From positions 1 to 64,000 of the forward strand of contig CAWAGQ010000016.1 in NCBI GenBank assembly GCA_963781585.1: a stretch of DNA of 64,000 nt. The letters run 5' to 3'. Below, one piece after another: positions 38,445-49,122 of the stretch (within the stretch, counting starts at the first letter, position 1; each line of letters starts with the position of its first letter). Both the position numbers and the translations under genes were made by a program. The notes beneath the pieces were generated by a model. The model did no database searches and had not been told where the DNA came from. It saw only the letters and a list, made by a program, of their open reading frames with translations. The stretch comes from an uncultured Gemmatimonadaceae bacterium (GTDB lineage: Bacteria; Gemmatimonadota; Gemmatimonadetes; Gemmatimonadales; Gemmatimonadaceae).

Positions 38445-40085
38445 ATGCTGGTAAGCGCCGACACGGCGCGTGAGATCCGTGGGCGATGGAAGGGTCGTCG
38501 GACTCGCTCAGCCATCATCGTGCGAAGTTGGGCCGCTGCGGTGTTTTCGATGGCCGCACTTCTCACGATCGGTGCGAAGCGATCCTTTGCGCAGCCCGGC
38601 GACCCCGATGAGCGCGCCCGCGAGGTCCCCGGAGGGACCTCCACGAGAGCGGTCGCCGCGACTACCGTCAGTGGGCGACTCCGCTTCACCGCCCCGAACG
38701 GCGGAGATTCCCTGGCTGATGACCTCGCGGCATTCCTCCACGCGAAGGTGCGCAGCGGAGACTGGGGTGCGATGGTGGTCTCGCTGACACGCGGTGATAC
38801 GCTGTTCGCGTACGGCGCCGGGAAGAGCCTGCTCCCCGCCTCGACCATGAAGCTCTTCACCAGCGCGCTCGCGCTCGAGCGCCTGGGACCCTCGTACCAC
38901 TTCTCCACCGACATCTATCGGACGGGAAGTCTCGGTGCGGATGGTACGCTCCACGGCGATCTCGTCATTCGAGGTGGCGGAGATCCCGCTCTCTCCAGCC
39001 GCTTCATTCCCGGCGACCCCAATGCACCGATGCGCGCACTCGCCAGGCAGGTGTTGGCTGCCGGCATTCATCGGCTTGACGGGGACGTGATCGGCGACCC
39101 CGGAGCCTTCGAGACGAAGGACGTCCCGGACGGTTGGCTCACGCGCTATCTGCAGGCCAGCTATGCCTCGCGCGTCTCGGCGCTCTCCCTCAACCAAAAC
39201 CTGCTCCACGTCGTGATCGCGCCGGGGAAGGATGGCGGGCCTGGCGTCGTGACGCTCCAGCCGCGAACCACCGCCTACGCCGTGTTGAACAGCACGTACA
39301 CGGTGGCGGGGAGCAGAAGCGCGAAGCTCACCGTGGGTCGCACCAGCACCGGCGCCATCGCGGTCCGTGGGTCCATCGGTGCCCACGCCGAGCCCCATGT
39401 CTACGTGGTGGTGGTCGACGACCCGGCCAACTTCGTCACCGGCGCCTTCGCGTCGGCCCTGACTGACGTAGGCATCGACGTCGCCGGCAGGATTCGCGTG
39501 GGCCCGACCCCGGCTGACGCCGTGCGACTCACGTCGCTCGAGTCACCCCCGCTGGCCGAACTCACTGACGTCATGAACCGCGAAAGCATCAACCACTTCG
39601 CCGAACTCATCTTCCGGAACGTCGCCCGTCAGGGTGACCCGGAGGGTGTGGGATCGGCTGTCATGGGCAACGCGTTGCTGCGTGACTTTCTGCTGCTTCG
39701 CGTCGGCGCGAGCCCGGATGATGTTTTTGCCGCCGATGGCAGCGGCCTGTCCACGCTGGACCGGGTCACCGCGCGCTCCGAGGTGCAGCTGTTGTCCTAC
39801 GCGCACCATTCGTCGTGGTCCCGGGAATTCCACGAGTCGCTGCCGGTAGCAGGCGCAAGGGCGAAGGACGAGACCCTCCGGCTCCGGATGCGCTCTACGC
39901 CGGCGCAGGGGAATCTGCACGCGAAGACCGGAACCACCAACGACGTCGTCGCCCTGAGCGGATACGTGTCGGCGAAGGATGGGGAGATGCTCGCGTTCTC
40001 GTTCCTGTACAACGGGAAGGATCGCGCCAACGCACGCGCGACCATTGATGCGATGGGCGCGACGTTGGCCAGCTTCTCCAGATAG
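38445..40085 (+). CDS. dacB: D-alanyl-D-alanine carboxypeptidase/endopeptidase (PBP4)
   Basis: PASTMK (SxxK), GGGDP, SIN (SxN), DGSGLS and AKTG motifs; start uncertain. Confidence 0.93.
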   Translation: MLVSADTAREIRGRWKGRRTRSAIIVRSWAAAVFSMAALLTIGAKRSFAQPGDPDERAREVPGGTSTRAVAATTVSGRLRFTAPNGGDSLADDLAAFLHAKVRSGDWGAMVVSLTRGDTLFAYGAGKSLLPASTMKLFTSALALERLGPSYHFSTDIYRTGSLGADGTLHGDLVIRGGGDPALSSRFIPGDPNAPMRALARQVLAAGIHRLDGDVIGDPGAFETKDVPDGWLTRYLQASYASRVSALSLNQNLLHVVIAPGKDGGPGVVTLQPRTTAYAVLNSTYTVAGSRSAKLTVGRTSTGAIAVRGSIGAHAEPHVYVVVVDDPANFVTGAFASALTDVGIDVAGRIRVGPTPADAVRLTSLESPPLAELTDVMNRESINHFAELIFRNVARQGDPEGVGSAVMGNALLRDFLLLRVGASPDDVFAADGSGLSTLDRVTARSEVQLLSYAHHSSWSREFHESLPVAGARAKDETLRLRMRSTPAQGNLHAKTGTTNDVVALSGYVSAKDGEMLAFSFLYNGKDRANARATIDAMGATLASFSR

Positions 40086-40172
40086 TCCGCACGCAGCCGG
40101 CTCGAAGACCGCCAGGTCCGCTTCCGCACTTCGGTAGGGCCGCTTCGGCGGGTCGTGCACACGCGCGAACGC

Positions 40173-41330
40173 TCAGCGCCGCGTGTCTCCCTCCCCCGGC
40201 TCGATTCTCACCCCGCGCGTCGCGAGTTCTCGCACGTACGCCTCCGCTGGCACCACTTCATCGGGGGTGTGCACTCCGGGCCGAGCAATGACTCCACTGC
40301 CCAGCATCCACCCCGTGATCGCCAGCGAGAATCCGGTCGTGCGCATCATCGCGCTGATGCCGTGCCCGGCATCGTGATGGTCCACCAGGTGCCGGGCGAA
40401 CAGGGCCGGCTTCCCGCCCCTGGTCCCGGTCACCGTCACACGCACGGCCACGAGATCGGGCGCGTCGCTGGTCAGTCGCGGGGTCATGACGGCAACCGCG
40501 ACCTGCCGCGGCGCGACGCGCTGCCCGTCGACGACTACCGGTTCCTGCTCGAAGAAGCCGAGGTCGCGAATCGCGCGCATGATCGACGCATGCCCCGGGT
40601 AGCGAAGGGTCTTGTACTCCATGGTAGGTACACGCCCCTCGTACCGGAATGCCATCGTGGACAGGCCGCCCGCCGTGTGAAACGCCTCCAGCGCGCCGAG
40701 CGGTTTGTCAAACTGCACGGTTTCTACCTCGCTCAGTGCGGCGATCTGCGTCCGCTTGCCGTCTCGCAGGATCCAGGACTGTGTGGTGTAGTAGTCCAGC
40801 ACTCCCTCGAGGGAGTACACGATCTGATAGCCAAGGGGTGGTTCGGGATGCAGTGGGAGCCCGCCAACGTAGATGCGCACGGCGTCCACGCGATCCATTC
40901 CGGCGATGCCCTGCTGCGCGAGAATGTTGACCATGCCCGGCGCGAGGCCGCAGTCCGGGATCACACTCACGCCCCGTGACTGCGCGTGCGCGGCGAGTTC
41001 CTTCTGCTCGAAGACGATCCCGGTGTTGCCGCCGAGATCGCAGAACGGGACGCCGGCGTCGATCGCCAGCCGCGTCATCTCGAGATTGAAGTAGTACGGG
41101 AGGGCACACGTGACCGCGTCGCTGTCGCGCATGAGCGCGCGCACCGCGTCGTGGTCCCGTACATCCAACGGTGTGGGAAGGAGCCGCGTTCCGCTGAACG
41201 GCTTCAGAAACGCCGGCAGATGGTGCAGCCCCAGACCGGCCAGCCGGACCTCGGAGACGTCGTCTCGCTGAAGAAGGTCGTAGGCGCAGGCGCTGCCCTG
41301 CAGGCCCGCGCCGAGAACCAGCATGCGCAT
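40173..41330 (-). CDS. Saccharopine dehydrogenase / lysine 6-dehydrogenase family protein
   Basis: LGAGLQG, ALPY, DLGG, DCGLAPG, YVGGLP and YKTLRYPGH motifs. Confidence 0.9.
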   Translation of the reverse strand: MRMLVLGAGLQGSACAYDLLQRDDVSEVRLAGLGLHHLPAFLKPFSGTRLLPTPLDVRDHDAVRALMRDSDAVTCALPYYFNLEMTRLAIDAGVPFCDLGGNTGIVFEQKELAAHAQSRGVSVIPDCGLAPGMVNILAQQGIAGMDRVDAVRIYVGGLPLHPEPPLGYQIVYSLEGVLDYYTTQSWILRDGKRTQIAALSEVETVQFDKPLGALEAFHTAGGLSTMAFRYEGRVPTMEYKTLRYPGHASIMRAIRDLGFFEQEPVVVDGQRVAPRQVAVAVMTPRLTSDAPDLVAVRVTVTGTRGGKPALFARHLVDHHDAGHGISAMMRTTGFSLAITGWMLGSGVIARPGVHTPDEVVPAEAYVRELATRGVRIEPGEGDTRR

Positions 41331-41441
41331 GGTGGTGTCTTGCTCCGTGCTGAAGGCGGAAGGGCGCAGAAATCTAAGGACGGCCGCGCGCGCCTGTCAT
41401 GCGGGGTGGCGCCGCTTCACGCCGCCGTTTCACTATTCCGC

Positions 41442-41951
41442 ATGGCGAACGGGAACGACGACGCGTGGCGCTCCCATCTTGTCGTGTCCGACGACGAGAT
41501 CGGCGCGCTCCTGACCCGCACGCACCGCATCGCTGTCCTGGGCATCAAGCCCGAGACCCGCGCCGAGCGTCCCGCGTTCTTCGTTCCCGAATACGTCCAG
41601 CGCGCCGGTTTCGAAATCGTCCCCGTGCCGGTCTACTATCCCGAGGCGATGCAGATTCTTGGCCGATCGGTCTATCGCCGCCTCGTGGACGTGCCCGGGC
41701 CGATCGATCTCGTGAACGTGTTTCGCCGACCGCAGGACATCCCGGCGCACCTGGATGACATTCTTGGCGCCGCCCCGCGCGCAGTGTGGCTCCAGTCCGG
41801 CATTCGCAATGACGCCGTGGCGGTGCACCTCGCCCGCGCCGGCATCGACGTGGTTCAGGACCGATGCCTCATGGTCGAGCTCTCGCGGCGAGGCATCGTT
41901 GCCCGCTCGCGGCTGTCCGCCGATTGCCGAGAGCTCCCCGCTGATCGCTGA
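41442..41951 (+). CDS. CoA-binding protein (YccU-like)
   Basis: IAVLG, IDLVNVFRR, WLQSGI and VVQDRC motifs. Confidence 0.9.
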   Translation: MANGNDDAWRSHLVVSDDEIGALLTRTHRIAVLGIKPETRAERPAFFVPEYVQRAGFEIVPVPVYYPEAMQILGRSVYRRLVDVPGPIDLVNVFRRPQDIPAHLDDILGAAPRAVWLQSGIRNDAVAVHLARAGIDVVQDRCLMVELSRRGIVARSRLSADCRELPADR

Positions 41952-41997
41952 AAGCTGCCCGCCGATCCCTGATAGCAGCCCGCTGATAGCTGACAGC
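41914..41997. repeat. Twelve degenerate 7-bp units (consensus near TGATAGC) with a 21-bp higher-order period
   Basis: TGTCCGC CGATTGC CGAGAGC TCCCCGC TGATCGC TGAAAGC TGCCCGC CGATCCC TGATAGC AGCCCGC TGATAGC TGACAGC. Confidence 0.8.
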
Positions 41998-42000
41998 CGT

Positions 42001-43131
42001 TCACTTCCACACCCGATAGATCTGCCCGGCCGCATCGTCCGAAACCAGAACCGAGCCATCCTTGTAGACCATCACGTCCACCGGCCGTCCCCACCGCACG
42101 CCGTTCTCGTCCTGCCACCCGACGATGAAGTCCTCGTATCCCACCGGTCTTCCGTTCTGCACGCGAATGCGCACGACCTTGGCGCCCGTCGGCACGTTGC
42201 GATTCCAGGACCCGTGAAACGCCACCAGGGCGTCTCCACGATACTCCGCCGGCAATCGTGTGGCCCGATCCAGGAACGTGATACCTAACGGCGCTGAATG
42301 TGCCTGCATCTTCAGCGCCGGCGCCACCGTGCGCGCACATTTGGCGGAGTCGTTGTATTCGGGATTGGGAACCCGGTCACCGTAGCAGTAGGGCCAACCG
42401 TAGCTGGCGCCGTCCCGGAGAATGTTGATCTCCTCGGGCGGCAGATTCTGGTGGTCGGGCGGCAGGTCGTCCCGCTCGTTCTGCGCCGCCCAGATCGCCC
42501 CGGTGGTGGGGTTTACCGCCAACCCGACCGCGTTGCGCAGGCCGCTGGCGAATATCCGGCCGCCCGAGCCGTTCGCGTCGTATCGCATCACCGTCGCCCG
42601 GTCCGGCGCGCGCTCGTCGCACACGTTGCACGTGGATCCGATCGACACGTACATCGCGCTGTCGTGGCCGAAGATGACGGTACGCGACCAGTGATTCCCT
42701 CCCGCCGAGTAGGTGTTCAGCCGCTCCGGCATTCCCCTGGCCACACCACTCGCGTCGAGCTGCACGCGGAATACGCCGTCGCCAGCAGCGATGTAGAGCC
42801 ACCCCCCGTGAAACGCCAACCCGTGCGGGCGGTTCATGCCGCTCACCGCCACCGTCTGTGACTCGGCGGTCCCGTCTCCATCCGCGTCCAGCAGCCTGAT
42901 CACCTGCCCCTCGCGCGGCTGGCTTGCGTAAACGGCGCCGTCGGGGCCGAGAGCCATCAATCGCACGCCCGGGACCTTCGCGAACAATTCAACCTGGAAT
43001 CCCTCGGGCACTTTCAGCCTGCCATCGAACGCCGCCTGGGGAAGGTTCACCGGCGTCGGGCCGTAGTCCGACTGGGCCGCAGCGGCAGCCGACGTTGACA
43101 GCAGGCCAAGCAGGACGGCAAAGAAGCGCAT
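42001..43131 (-). CDS. PQQ-dependent sugar dehydrogenase (sorbosone dehydrogenase family)
   Basis: Signal peptide; YVSIGSTCNVC, GLRNAVG, NERD, YGWPYC, HSAPLG, HGSWN and GRPVDV motifs. Confidence 0.9.
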   Translation of the reverse strand: MRFFAVLLGLLSTSAAAAAQSDYGPTPVNLPQAAFDGRLKVPEGFQVELFAKVPGVRLMALGPDGAVYASQPREGQVIRLLDADGDGTAESQTVAVSGMNRPHGLAFHGGWLYIAAGDGVFRVQLDASGVARGMPERLNTYSAGGNHWSRTVIFGHDSAMYVSIGSTCNVCDERAPDRATVMRYDANGSGGRIFASGLRNAVGLAVNPTTGAIWAAQNERDDLPPDHQNLPPEEINILRDGASYGWPYCYGDRVPNPEYNDSAKCARTVAPALKMQAHSAPLGITFLDRATRLPAEYRGDALVAFHGSWNRNVPTGAKVVRIRVQNGRPVGYEDFIVGWQDENGVRWGRPVDVMVYKDGSVLVSDDAAGQIYRVWK

Positions 43132-43317
43132 GATCGAGCTCCAGGTGCAGTTCGTCGGATGGGGGGTCTGGAAGTCGCGCCCGTGTGCGGCGCCAGGCGA
43201 AGTCGGATCGTAATGGGTGGCCGTTCGCCCGCCAATGTCAGGGCACCGGTACAAACTGTACCAGTGCCAATGTCAGGGTCCGCGCCGGGTCACGCGCCCG
43301 GGGCCGCCGGCGCTGGT

Positions 43318-44790
43318 CTACGCGCGCACGCGATTCCGCCCCTCGGCCTTGGCACGGTACAGTGCCTGGTCGGACGCCGCGAACAGATCGTCCACCGATT
43401 CCACACCGAATCCGGGGAACGACGCGACGCCGATGCTGGTGGTGAGGCGCAGCGGCTCGGCTCGCGCCTCGAGAAAGGCGTGCGACTCGATCAACTCGCG
43501 CAGGCGTTCGGCGAACGAGGATGCGCCCGCCGGACCGGTCTCTGGCAACAGCACGACAAACTCCTCTCCGCCATAGCGCGCCACCACGTCCACGGCGCGG
43601 ATCCCGCGCTGCAGCACGGCCGCCACTTCGCTGAGCACGGCGTCCCCGGCCAGATGCCCGTACGTGTCGTTGATCGACTTGAAGTGGTCGAGGTCGATGA
43701 GCAGCACAGACAGCATGGAATCGTATCGACGAACACGCTCCATCTCCGCCGCCAACCGATCCGTCAGAGCGCGGCGGTTGAGCACCTTGGTGAGTGGATC
43801 GGTCTGCGCGAGCAACTCGAGGCGACGATTGTCCGCCATCGTCAATTCCATCAGCTTCGCGCGCTCGACCGCGGTGACCGCTGCGTGGATCACCGTTTGC
43901 GCGAACTCAACATCGGCTTGCGTGAGCGGGGGTTCATCGATGCTCCGGCGCAGGAAGAAGATCCCCGCCTGCTGCGCCTCCAGAGCGAACGGGATCGCAA
44001 TCACGGACCGCGTCGTGACCCGGGTTCCGGTGCTCTCCCACGTCCGGCGCGCTTCCTCGTAGAGCGGGTGCGTCTTCACATCTTCCACCAGCACCGGCCG
44101 ACCCGACTCGAGCGCGGCGCGCAGTTCCGGGTATCGGCTCAGCTGGAGCACGAAGTCGTTACCGATCCCCGTCTCGTACGCCGTGGCAACCACCCGCGGT
44201 GTCTCGCCCTCCCGCGCCAGAATCACGCTGCAGTGCGTGAGCTCCAGCGCTCGCGCCACGCGCCGGGCCAGCAGATGGTAGATCTCGTCGGATGACAGAT
44301 CATCCGTCACATCGTGGAGAATGTCGACCAGCTCCCGTCCATGGTCAGCCTCCTCCCGGACCCGATGGAGCGCCTCCTGCGTCTCGCGCAGAGACTCGTT
44401 CGCGGAGCGCAGGATTGCCCGCATGCGCAGCTGAGCCTGAATGCGGGCCAGGAGTTCGCGCACCCGGAACGGTTTCCGCACATAGTCGGCGGCCCCCAAC
44501 CCGAGCGTGCGCACCGCTCCCTCCTCGGGCGGGAGGGACGAGATCATCAACACCGGAATGTCCCGCCACCGTTCTTCCGCCTTGATGCCTTCGAGGATCT
44601 CGTTCCCATCGGTGTCGGGGAACATCACGTCCAGCAGGACGATGTCCGGCGTCCGCTCGGCCATCAACGGAATGACCTGACGTCCCTCGTGGGTCGCCGT
44701 GACGTCGTATCCGTGCTCCCGGAGCACCCACGTCATGGTCTGGACGAGGGCGGCATCGTCGTCGGCGATGAGGATATGCGCGCTACGCAT
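43318..44790 (-). CDS. Diguanylate cyclase response regulator (REC-GAF-GGDEF)
   Basis: IADDD...LLDV...KPF receiver; GAF domain; TDPLT, DLDHFK.IND.YGH..GD, RxxD I-site (RAVD) and RYGGEEF. Confidence 0.93.
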   Translation of the reverse strand: MRSAHILIADDDAALVQTMTWVLREHGYDVTATHEGRQVIPLMAERTPDIVLLDVMFPDTDGNEILEGIKAEERWRDIPVLMISSLPPEEGAVRTLGLGAADYVRKPFRVRELLARIQAQLRMRAILRSANESLRETQEALHRVREEADHGRELVDILHDVTDDLSSDEIYHLLARRVARALELTHCSVILAREGETPRVVATAYETGIGNDFVLQLSRYPELRAALESGRPVLVEDVKTHPLYEEARRTWESTGTRVTTRSVIAIPFALEAQQAGIFFLRRSIDEPPLTQADVEFAQTVIHAAVTAVERAKLMELTMADNRRLELLAQTDPLTKVLNRRALTDRLAAEMERVRRYDSMLSVLLIDLDHFKSINDTYGHLAGDAVLSEVAAVLQRGIRAVDVVARYGGEEFVVLLPETGPAGASSFAERLRELIESHAFLEARAEPLRLTTSIGVASFPGFGVESVDDLFAASDQALYRAKAEGRNRVRA

Positions 44791-45790
44791 GCAGCAACTC
44801 GACGAGTCCTGTCCACTCGACGTTTCCGCCACTGAGAATCGCCACCGTCTCGCCGGTCGGATGAATCGCGCCGGCCAGCAGGGCCGCCACCGTGATCGCG
44901 CCGCTCGGTTCGGCCACCAGCTTCGACCGATCCAGCAGGAAACGCATCGCGTCGATGATGGCGTCGTCGCTCACCGTGACCACATCGTCGAGAAACGCGC
45001 CGTGATGCGCGAATGGGATGGTCCCGATTCTGATGGACAACAGCCCGTCGGCAATGCTCGATGTCCGGTCGAGGGTCACCGGCCCCGCCGCCTTGCGAGC
45101 GGCGCTGAGTTTCGCTGCGCCGACCGGTTCCACTCCGATCACGCGCGCCGTTGGACGAAGGCGCTTGACCGCTGTCGCCACGCCCGCACTGAGGCCGCCA
45201 CCGCCTACCTGAACGACCACCGTGTCGACGTTCGGGGCATCCTCGACGATCTCCAGGCCCACGGTTCCCTGCCCGGCGATGATGGTTGGGTCATCGAACG
45301 GCGGCACGAGGGTCAATCCTTCCTCCGACACCAACTCCAGTGCCCGATCCATCCGGTCCCGGGTGGTGGTCCCGGCCAGGACCACACGCGCGCCGAGTCG
45401 CTCGGCGCCGGCGCGCTTGGCCGCCGTCACCGTCGTGGGCATCACGGCCGTCGCCGGCACACCAAAGATCCTGGCGGCGAGCGCCACGGCCTGCGCGTGA
45501 TTCCCCGAACTCGGCGCGATGACCCCGCGGGCCCGCGCCTCGGCTGACAACCGCGAGAGAAACGTGAACGCACCGCGAAACTTGAACGCGCCGCCGCGCT
45601 GCAGCATCTCCGGCTTGAGCAGGACCGTCGTCCCGACTTGGTCGGACAACGGATCCGAGCGCAGCAGCGGGGTGCGCACCGCCACTCCCTTCAGCCCTGC
45701 TGCGGCAGCCCGAATCGCCTCCAGCGACACCAGTGGCGTCGCGGAAACTGCTGTACCGGGCTGCACGACTGGCGGCGATTCGAGGGTCAT
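44783..45790 (-). CDS. Threonine/serine dehydratase (no regulatory domain)
   Basis: LKPEMLQRGGAFKFRG PLP lysine, SSGNHAQ, GQGT, GGGGL and EPSGA motifs. Confidence 0.9.
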   Translation of the reverse strand: MTLESPPVVQPGTAVSATPLVSLEAIRAAAAGLKGVAVRTPLLRSDPLSDQVGTTVLLKPEMLQRGGAFKFRGAFTFLSRLSAEARARGVIAPSSGNHAQAVALAARIFGVPATAVMPTTVTAAKRAGAERLGARVVLAGTTTRDRMDRALELVSEEGLTLVPPFDDPTIIAGQGTVGLEIVEDAPNVDTVVVQVGGGGLSAGVATAVKRLRPTARVIGVEPVGAAKLSAARKAAGPVTLDRTSSIADGLLSIRIGTIPFAHHGAFLDDVVTVSDDAIIDAMRFLLDRSKLVAEPSGAITVAALLAGAIHPTGETVAILSGGNVEWTGLVELLHA

Positions 45791-46220
45791 GTGGTAGCGA
45801 ACGCAGGTGAGCAGGACACCGTGATGTACGGCTGAATCGGCAGCCACCGGAGGGAAACGACGCGCGCCGTACCACCAGAAACCAGAGGACAAGGCGCTCC
45901 GCCTGGGCGCCCCTCCGGCTGAAATCTAGCCCGGGCGGAACTCCGCAGACTACCCATGAGAGCGCCTGGGGAACCGCGCGACAGCGCCAGCTGGTTCGCT
46001 CCGCCACACACGTCACGGGTCTGCCGTGACAGATCTCTCCAGGACGGATAACGCGTTGCTGGTATGGGCCTTATCTCACACCGGGCGCCACCCGGCTTCG
46101 TTCCGCCGGGACGCCAGAGAAAGCGCGCAGATCGCCCACGGTCGAACGCAGGACCACCGGTCTCCAGACGACCCGGCGTGCCCCCTCAACCCGATTGCGA
46201 GCTGTCGTCTCGCCTCGACC

Positions 46221-48746
46221 CTACGATTCCTCCTCCAGCGCCAGCTCCGGCGCATCGGGTGAATCCGTGCCCTCATCGTCTGCTCCCACGCCCTTGTCGT
46301 CTTCGGGCACCACACGGGCCACGGCCATCACCATGTCGGACGGATCGAGGTTCACCAGGCGTACACCCTGCGTGTTGCGACCCGCCACGCGCACCTGCGA
46401 CACCGGCGACCTGATGATCATCCCCATTCTCGTGATGATCATGATTTCGTCTTCCGGGAGGACTTCCATCAGGCCGACCACATCGCCGGTCTTGTCCGTG
46501 CGATTCACGGTGAGGATGCCCTTCCCGCCGCGCCGCTGCACGCGGTACTCGTCGATGTGCGTGCACTTGCCCAGTCCCTTTTCCGTCACGCAGAGCAGTG
46601 TCGCTTCGCGGACGATCACCACCATCCCGACCACGTGATCCCCCTTTCCCAGCTCGATCCCCTTCACGCCGGTGGTATCCCGTCCCATTTCGCGTGCGTC
46701 GCTTTCGTGGAAGCGGATGCTCAATCCATGCCGGGTCGCCAGCACGATGTCGTTCGTTCCATGCGTCACCGCCACTTCGATCAGTTCGTCGCCCTCCTCG
46801 ATCTTGATCGCCTTGATACCGGTCGACCGCGGATTCGAGTATTCCGAGAGTCGCGTCTTCTTCACGGTGCCGTTGCGGGTGCAGAACAGGAGGAACTCGT
46901 CCTCCTTGAACTGCCGCACGAAGACCATGGCGTGGATCTTCGTGTCGGCCGAGACGTTGAGGAGGTTGACGATCGGCTTCCCCTTGGTGGCGCGGCCGGC
47001 CTGCGGAATTTCGTAGACCTTGAGCCAGTAACACCGCCCGTCGTCCGTGAACACGAGGATGTAGTCGTGGGTGGATCCGATGTAGAGTCGCTCGATGAAG
47101 TCCTCTTCGCGCAACTCGGCACCGGTGAGGCCCTTGCCGCCTCGGCGCTGGCGGCGATACGTGGTGATCGAGGTCCGCTTGATGTACCCGGAATGCGAGA
47201 CGGTCACGACCATGTCTTCTTCCGCGATCAGGTCTTCGACCGTGAACTCGTCCTGGTCGCTGGTGATCTCGGTCCGTCGCTCATCGCCGTACTTGGCGGC
47301 TATGGCGCCAAGTTCCTCCTTCACCAGCGCCATGCGTTTCGGCTTCGATTCGAGCAGCGCGCGCAGCTTCTTGATGGAGGTCCGCAGTTCCTTCAGCTCC
47401 TCTTCGAGCTTGTCGATTTCGAGCGCGGTCAGGCGCGCCAGACGCATGTTGAGAATCGCCTCGGCCTGCTTTTCACTGAGCTTGAATCGCTTCTGCAGCT
47501 GCAGACTGGCCTTGGGCGCGTCCTCCGCCTTGCGGATGACCTTGATCACCTCGTCGATGTTGTCGACGGCGATCTTGAGTCCCTCGAGGATGTGCTCGCG
47601 TTCCAGCGCCTTGTCGAGATCGAACTGCGTGCGCCGGACGATCACCTCGTGGCGGTGGGCGATGTAGTGCTCGAGGCATTCCTTGATCCCCATGACCTTC
47701 GGCACGAGCTGCCGCGTGTTCGGGTCGGGCACCAGCGCCAGCATGATCACCCCGAACGTCGTCTGCATCGCGGTGTGCTTGTACAGCTGATTCAGCACCA
47801 CCCGCGGAATCGCATCGCGTTTGAGTTCCACCACGATGCGCGTCGAGTCGCTCGATTCGTGTCGGAGGTCGCTGATGCCCTCGAGCTTCTTGTCCTTCAC
47901 CAGCTCGGCGATGTGCTTCACCAGTTCATCGCGATTCACCTGGTACGGGACCTCGGTGATCACGATCTGCGATCGACCCGACGACTCCTTCTCCTCGATG
48001 ACTGCGCGCGCGCGCATGACGATTCGGCCGCGACCGGTCTCCTGATAGTCCTTGATGCCCTGCCGGCCGAAGATGAACGCGCCGGTCGGAAAATCAGGGC
48101 CCTTCACGAACTTGCGCAGGTCGGCCGCCGTCAGCTCCGGGGCGTCGATGAGCGCGATCGTGGCGGCGATGATCTCCTGAAGGTTGTGCGGGGGAATGTT
48201 GGTGGCCATTCCCACTGCGATGCCTGACGACCCGTTCACCAGCAGATTGGGCAGCGCCGCCGGGAGCACCCGCGGCTCCGAAAGCCGGTCGTCGAAGTTC
48301 GGCGCGAAGTCGACCGTGTTGCGGTCGATGTCGGCCAGCATTTCGATCGCGACCGGCGTCAGGCGCGCCTCAGTGTATCGGTAGGCGGCCGCCGCATCGC
48401 CGTCCTGCGTGCCGAAGTTGCCCTGCCCATCCACCAGCGGGTACCGCAGCGAGAACTCCTGTACCATCCGCACCAGCGCGTCGTAGACCGCGCTGTCCCC
48501 GTGCGGGTGATACTTGCCCAGCACGTCACCCACCACCGTCGCCGACTTCTTGTGGGGACGTCCCGGTACCAGACCGAGCTCGTTCATCGCGTACAGGATT
48601 CGCCGGTGTACCGGCTTCAATCCGTCGCGCACGTCGGGAAGCGCACGCGAGACGATCACGCTCATCGAGTAGTTGATGAACGACTCTTTGATCTCCTCGT
48701 CGATGAGCCGCGGGAGGATCCGCTCGCGCTGATTGGGAGCTGTCAT
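46221..48746 (-). CDS. gyrA: DNA gyrase subunit A
   Basis: [28 protein letters not shown] catalytic Tyr, GyrA-box QRRGGKG, beta-pinwheel repeats and acidic tail. Confidence 0.98.
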   Translation of the reverse strand: MTAPNQRERILPRLIDEEIKESFINYSMSVIVSRALPDVRDGLKPVHRRILYAMNELGLVPGRPHKKSATVVGDVLGKYHPHGDSAVYDALVRMVQEFSLRYPLVDGQGNFGTQDGDAAAAYRYTEARLTPVAIEMLADIDRNTVDFAPNFDDRLSEPRVLPAALPNLLVNGSSGIAVGMATNIPPHNLQEIIAATIALIDAPELTAADLRKFVKGPDFPTGAFIFGRQGIKDYQETGRGRIVMRARAVIEEKESSGRSQIVITEVPYQVNRDELVKHIAELVKDKKLEGISDLRHESSDSTRIVVELKRDAIPRVVLNQLYKHTAMQTTFGVIMLALVPDPNTRQLVPKVMGIKECLEHYIAHRHEVIVRRTQFDLDKALEREHILEGLKIAVDNIDEVIKVIRKAEDAPKASLQLQKRFKLSEKQAEAILNMRLARLTALEIDKLEEELKELRTSIKKLRALLESKPKRMALVKEELGAIAAKYGDERRTEITSDQDEFTVEDLIAEEDMVVTVSHSGYIKRTSITTYRRQRRGGKGLTGAELREEDFIERLYIGSTHDYILVFTDDGRCYWLKVYEIPQAGRATKGKPIVNLLNVSADTKIHAMVFVRQFKEDEFLLFCTRNGTVKKTRLSEYSNPRSTGIKAIKIEEGDELIEVAVTHGTNDIVLATRHGLSIRFHESDAREMGRDTTGVKGIELGKGDHVVGMVVIVREATLLCVTEKGLGKCTHIDEYRVQRRGGKGILTVNRTDKTGDVVGLMEVLPEDEIMIITRMGMIIRSPVSQVRVAGRNTQGVRLVNLDPSDMVMAVARVVPEDDKGVGADDEGTDSPDAPELALEEES

Positions 48747-48791
48747 GAGGCTGCTCGTGGGGAGTGATTTGTCGCCCCGGCGCGACCGCGA

Positions 48792-48820
48792 AAAATACCC
48801 GAAGCACACACGAAAATCAA
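48792..48820 (-). promoter_or_regulatory. Putative sigma70 promoter of gyrA
   Basis: Minus strand TTGATT-N17-TATTTT, same architecture as the caa3 promoter. Confidence 0.55.
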
Positions 48821-49122
48821 TGTGTTACTGGCCTCCTAAGTCATTTACTTCCAGACTTTTATCGACTCATGGACGCCGCCGGCCCCGATCGCGGCCCGGC
48901 GCCAAAGCCGTGGCCTGACTTCGGCGTCTGTTCGGGTGCCTACCGGACCACCCTCTTCCACCCTCGCGCCACCCATTCCGCCCTCGCTCGTTAGGCCCGG
49001 ATGGCGTGCAATTCCCCTCCACCCCGCGCCAGACCGCCGGCCTCGGCGCTCGCGTCGCAGCACCTGGGTCTTTCGTCAGTGCGCGGATGCGATACTTTCG
49101 GACAGCCCTTCCAGGAGATCGA

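Noticed and set aside
41914..41997. CRISPR array
   Set aside because: 7-bp tandem units without unique spacers; no cas genes
45950..46180. Glycine riboswitch upstream of the dehydratase (minus strand TGGAGAG, CTCTCA)
   Set aside because: No CCGAAG or CTCTCAGG core in the right arrangement
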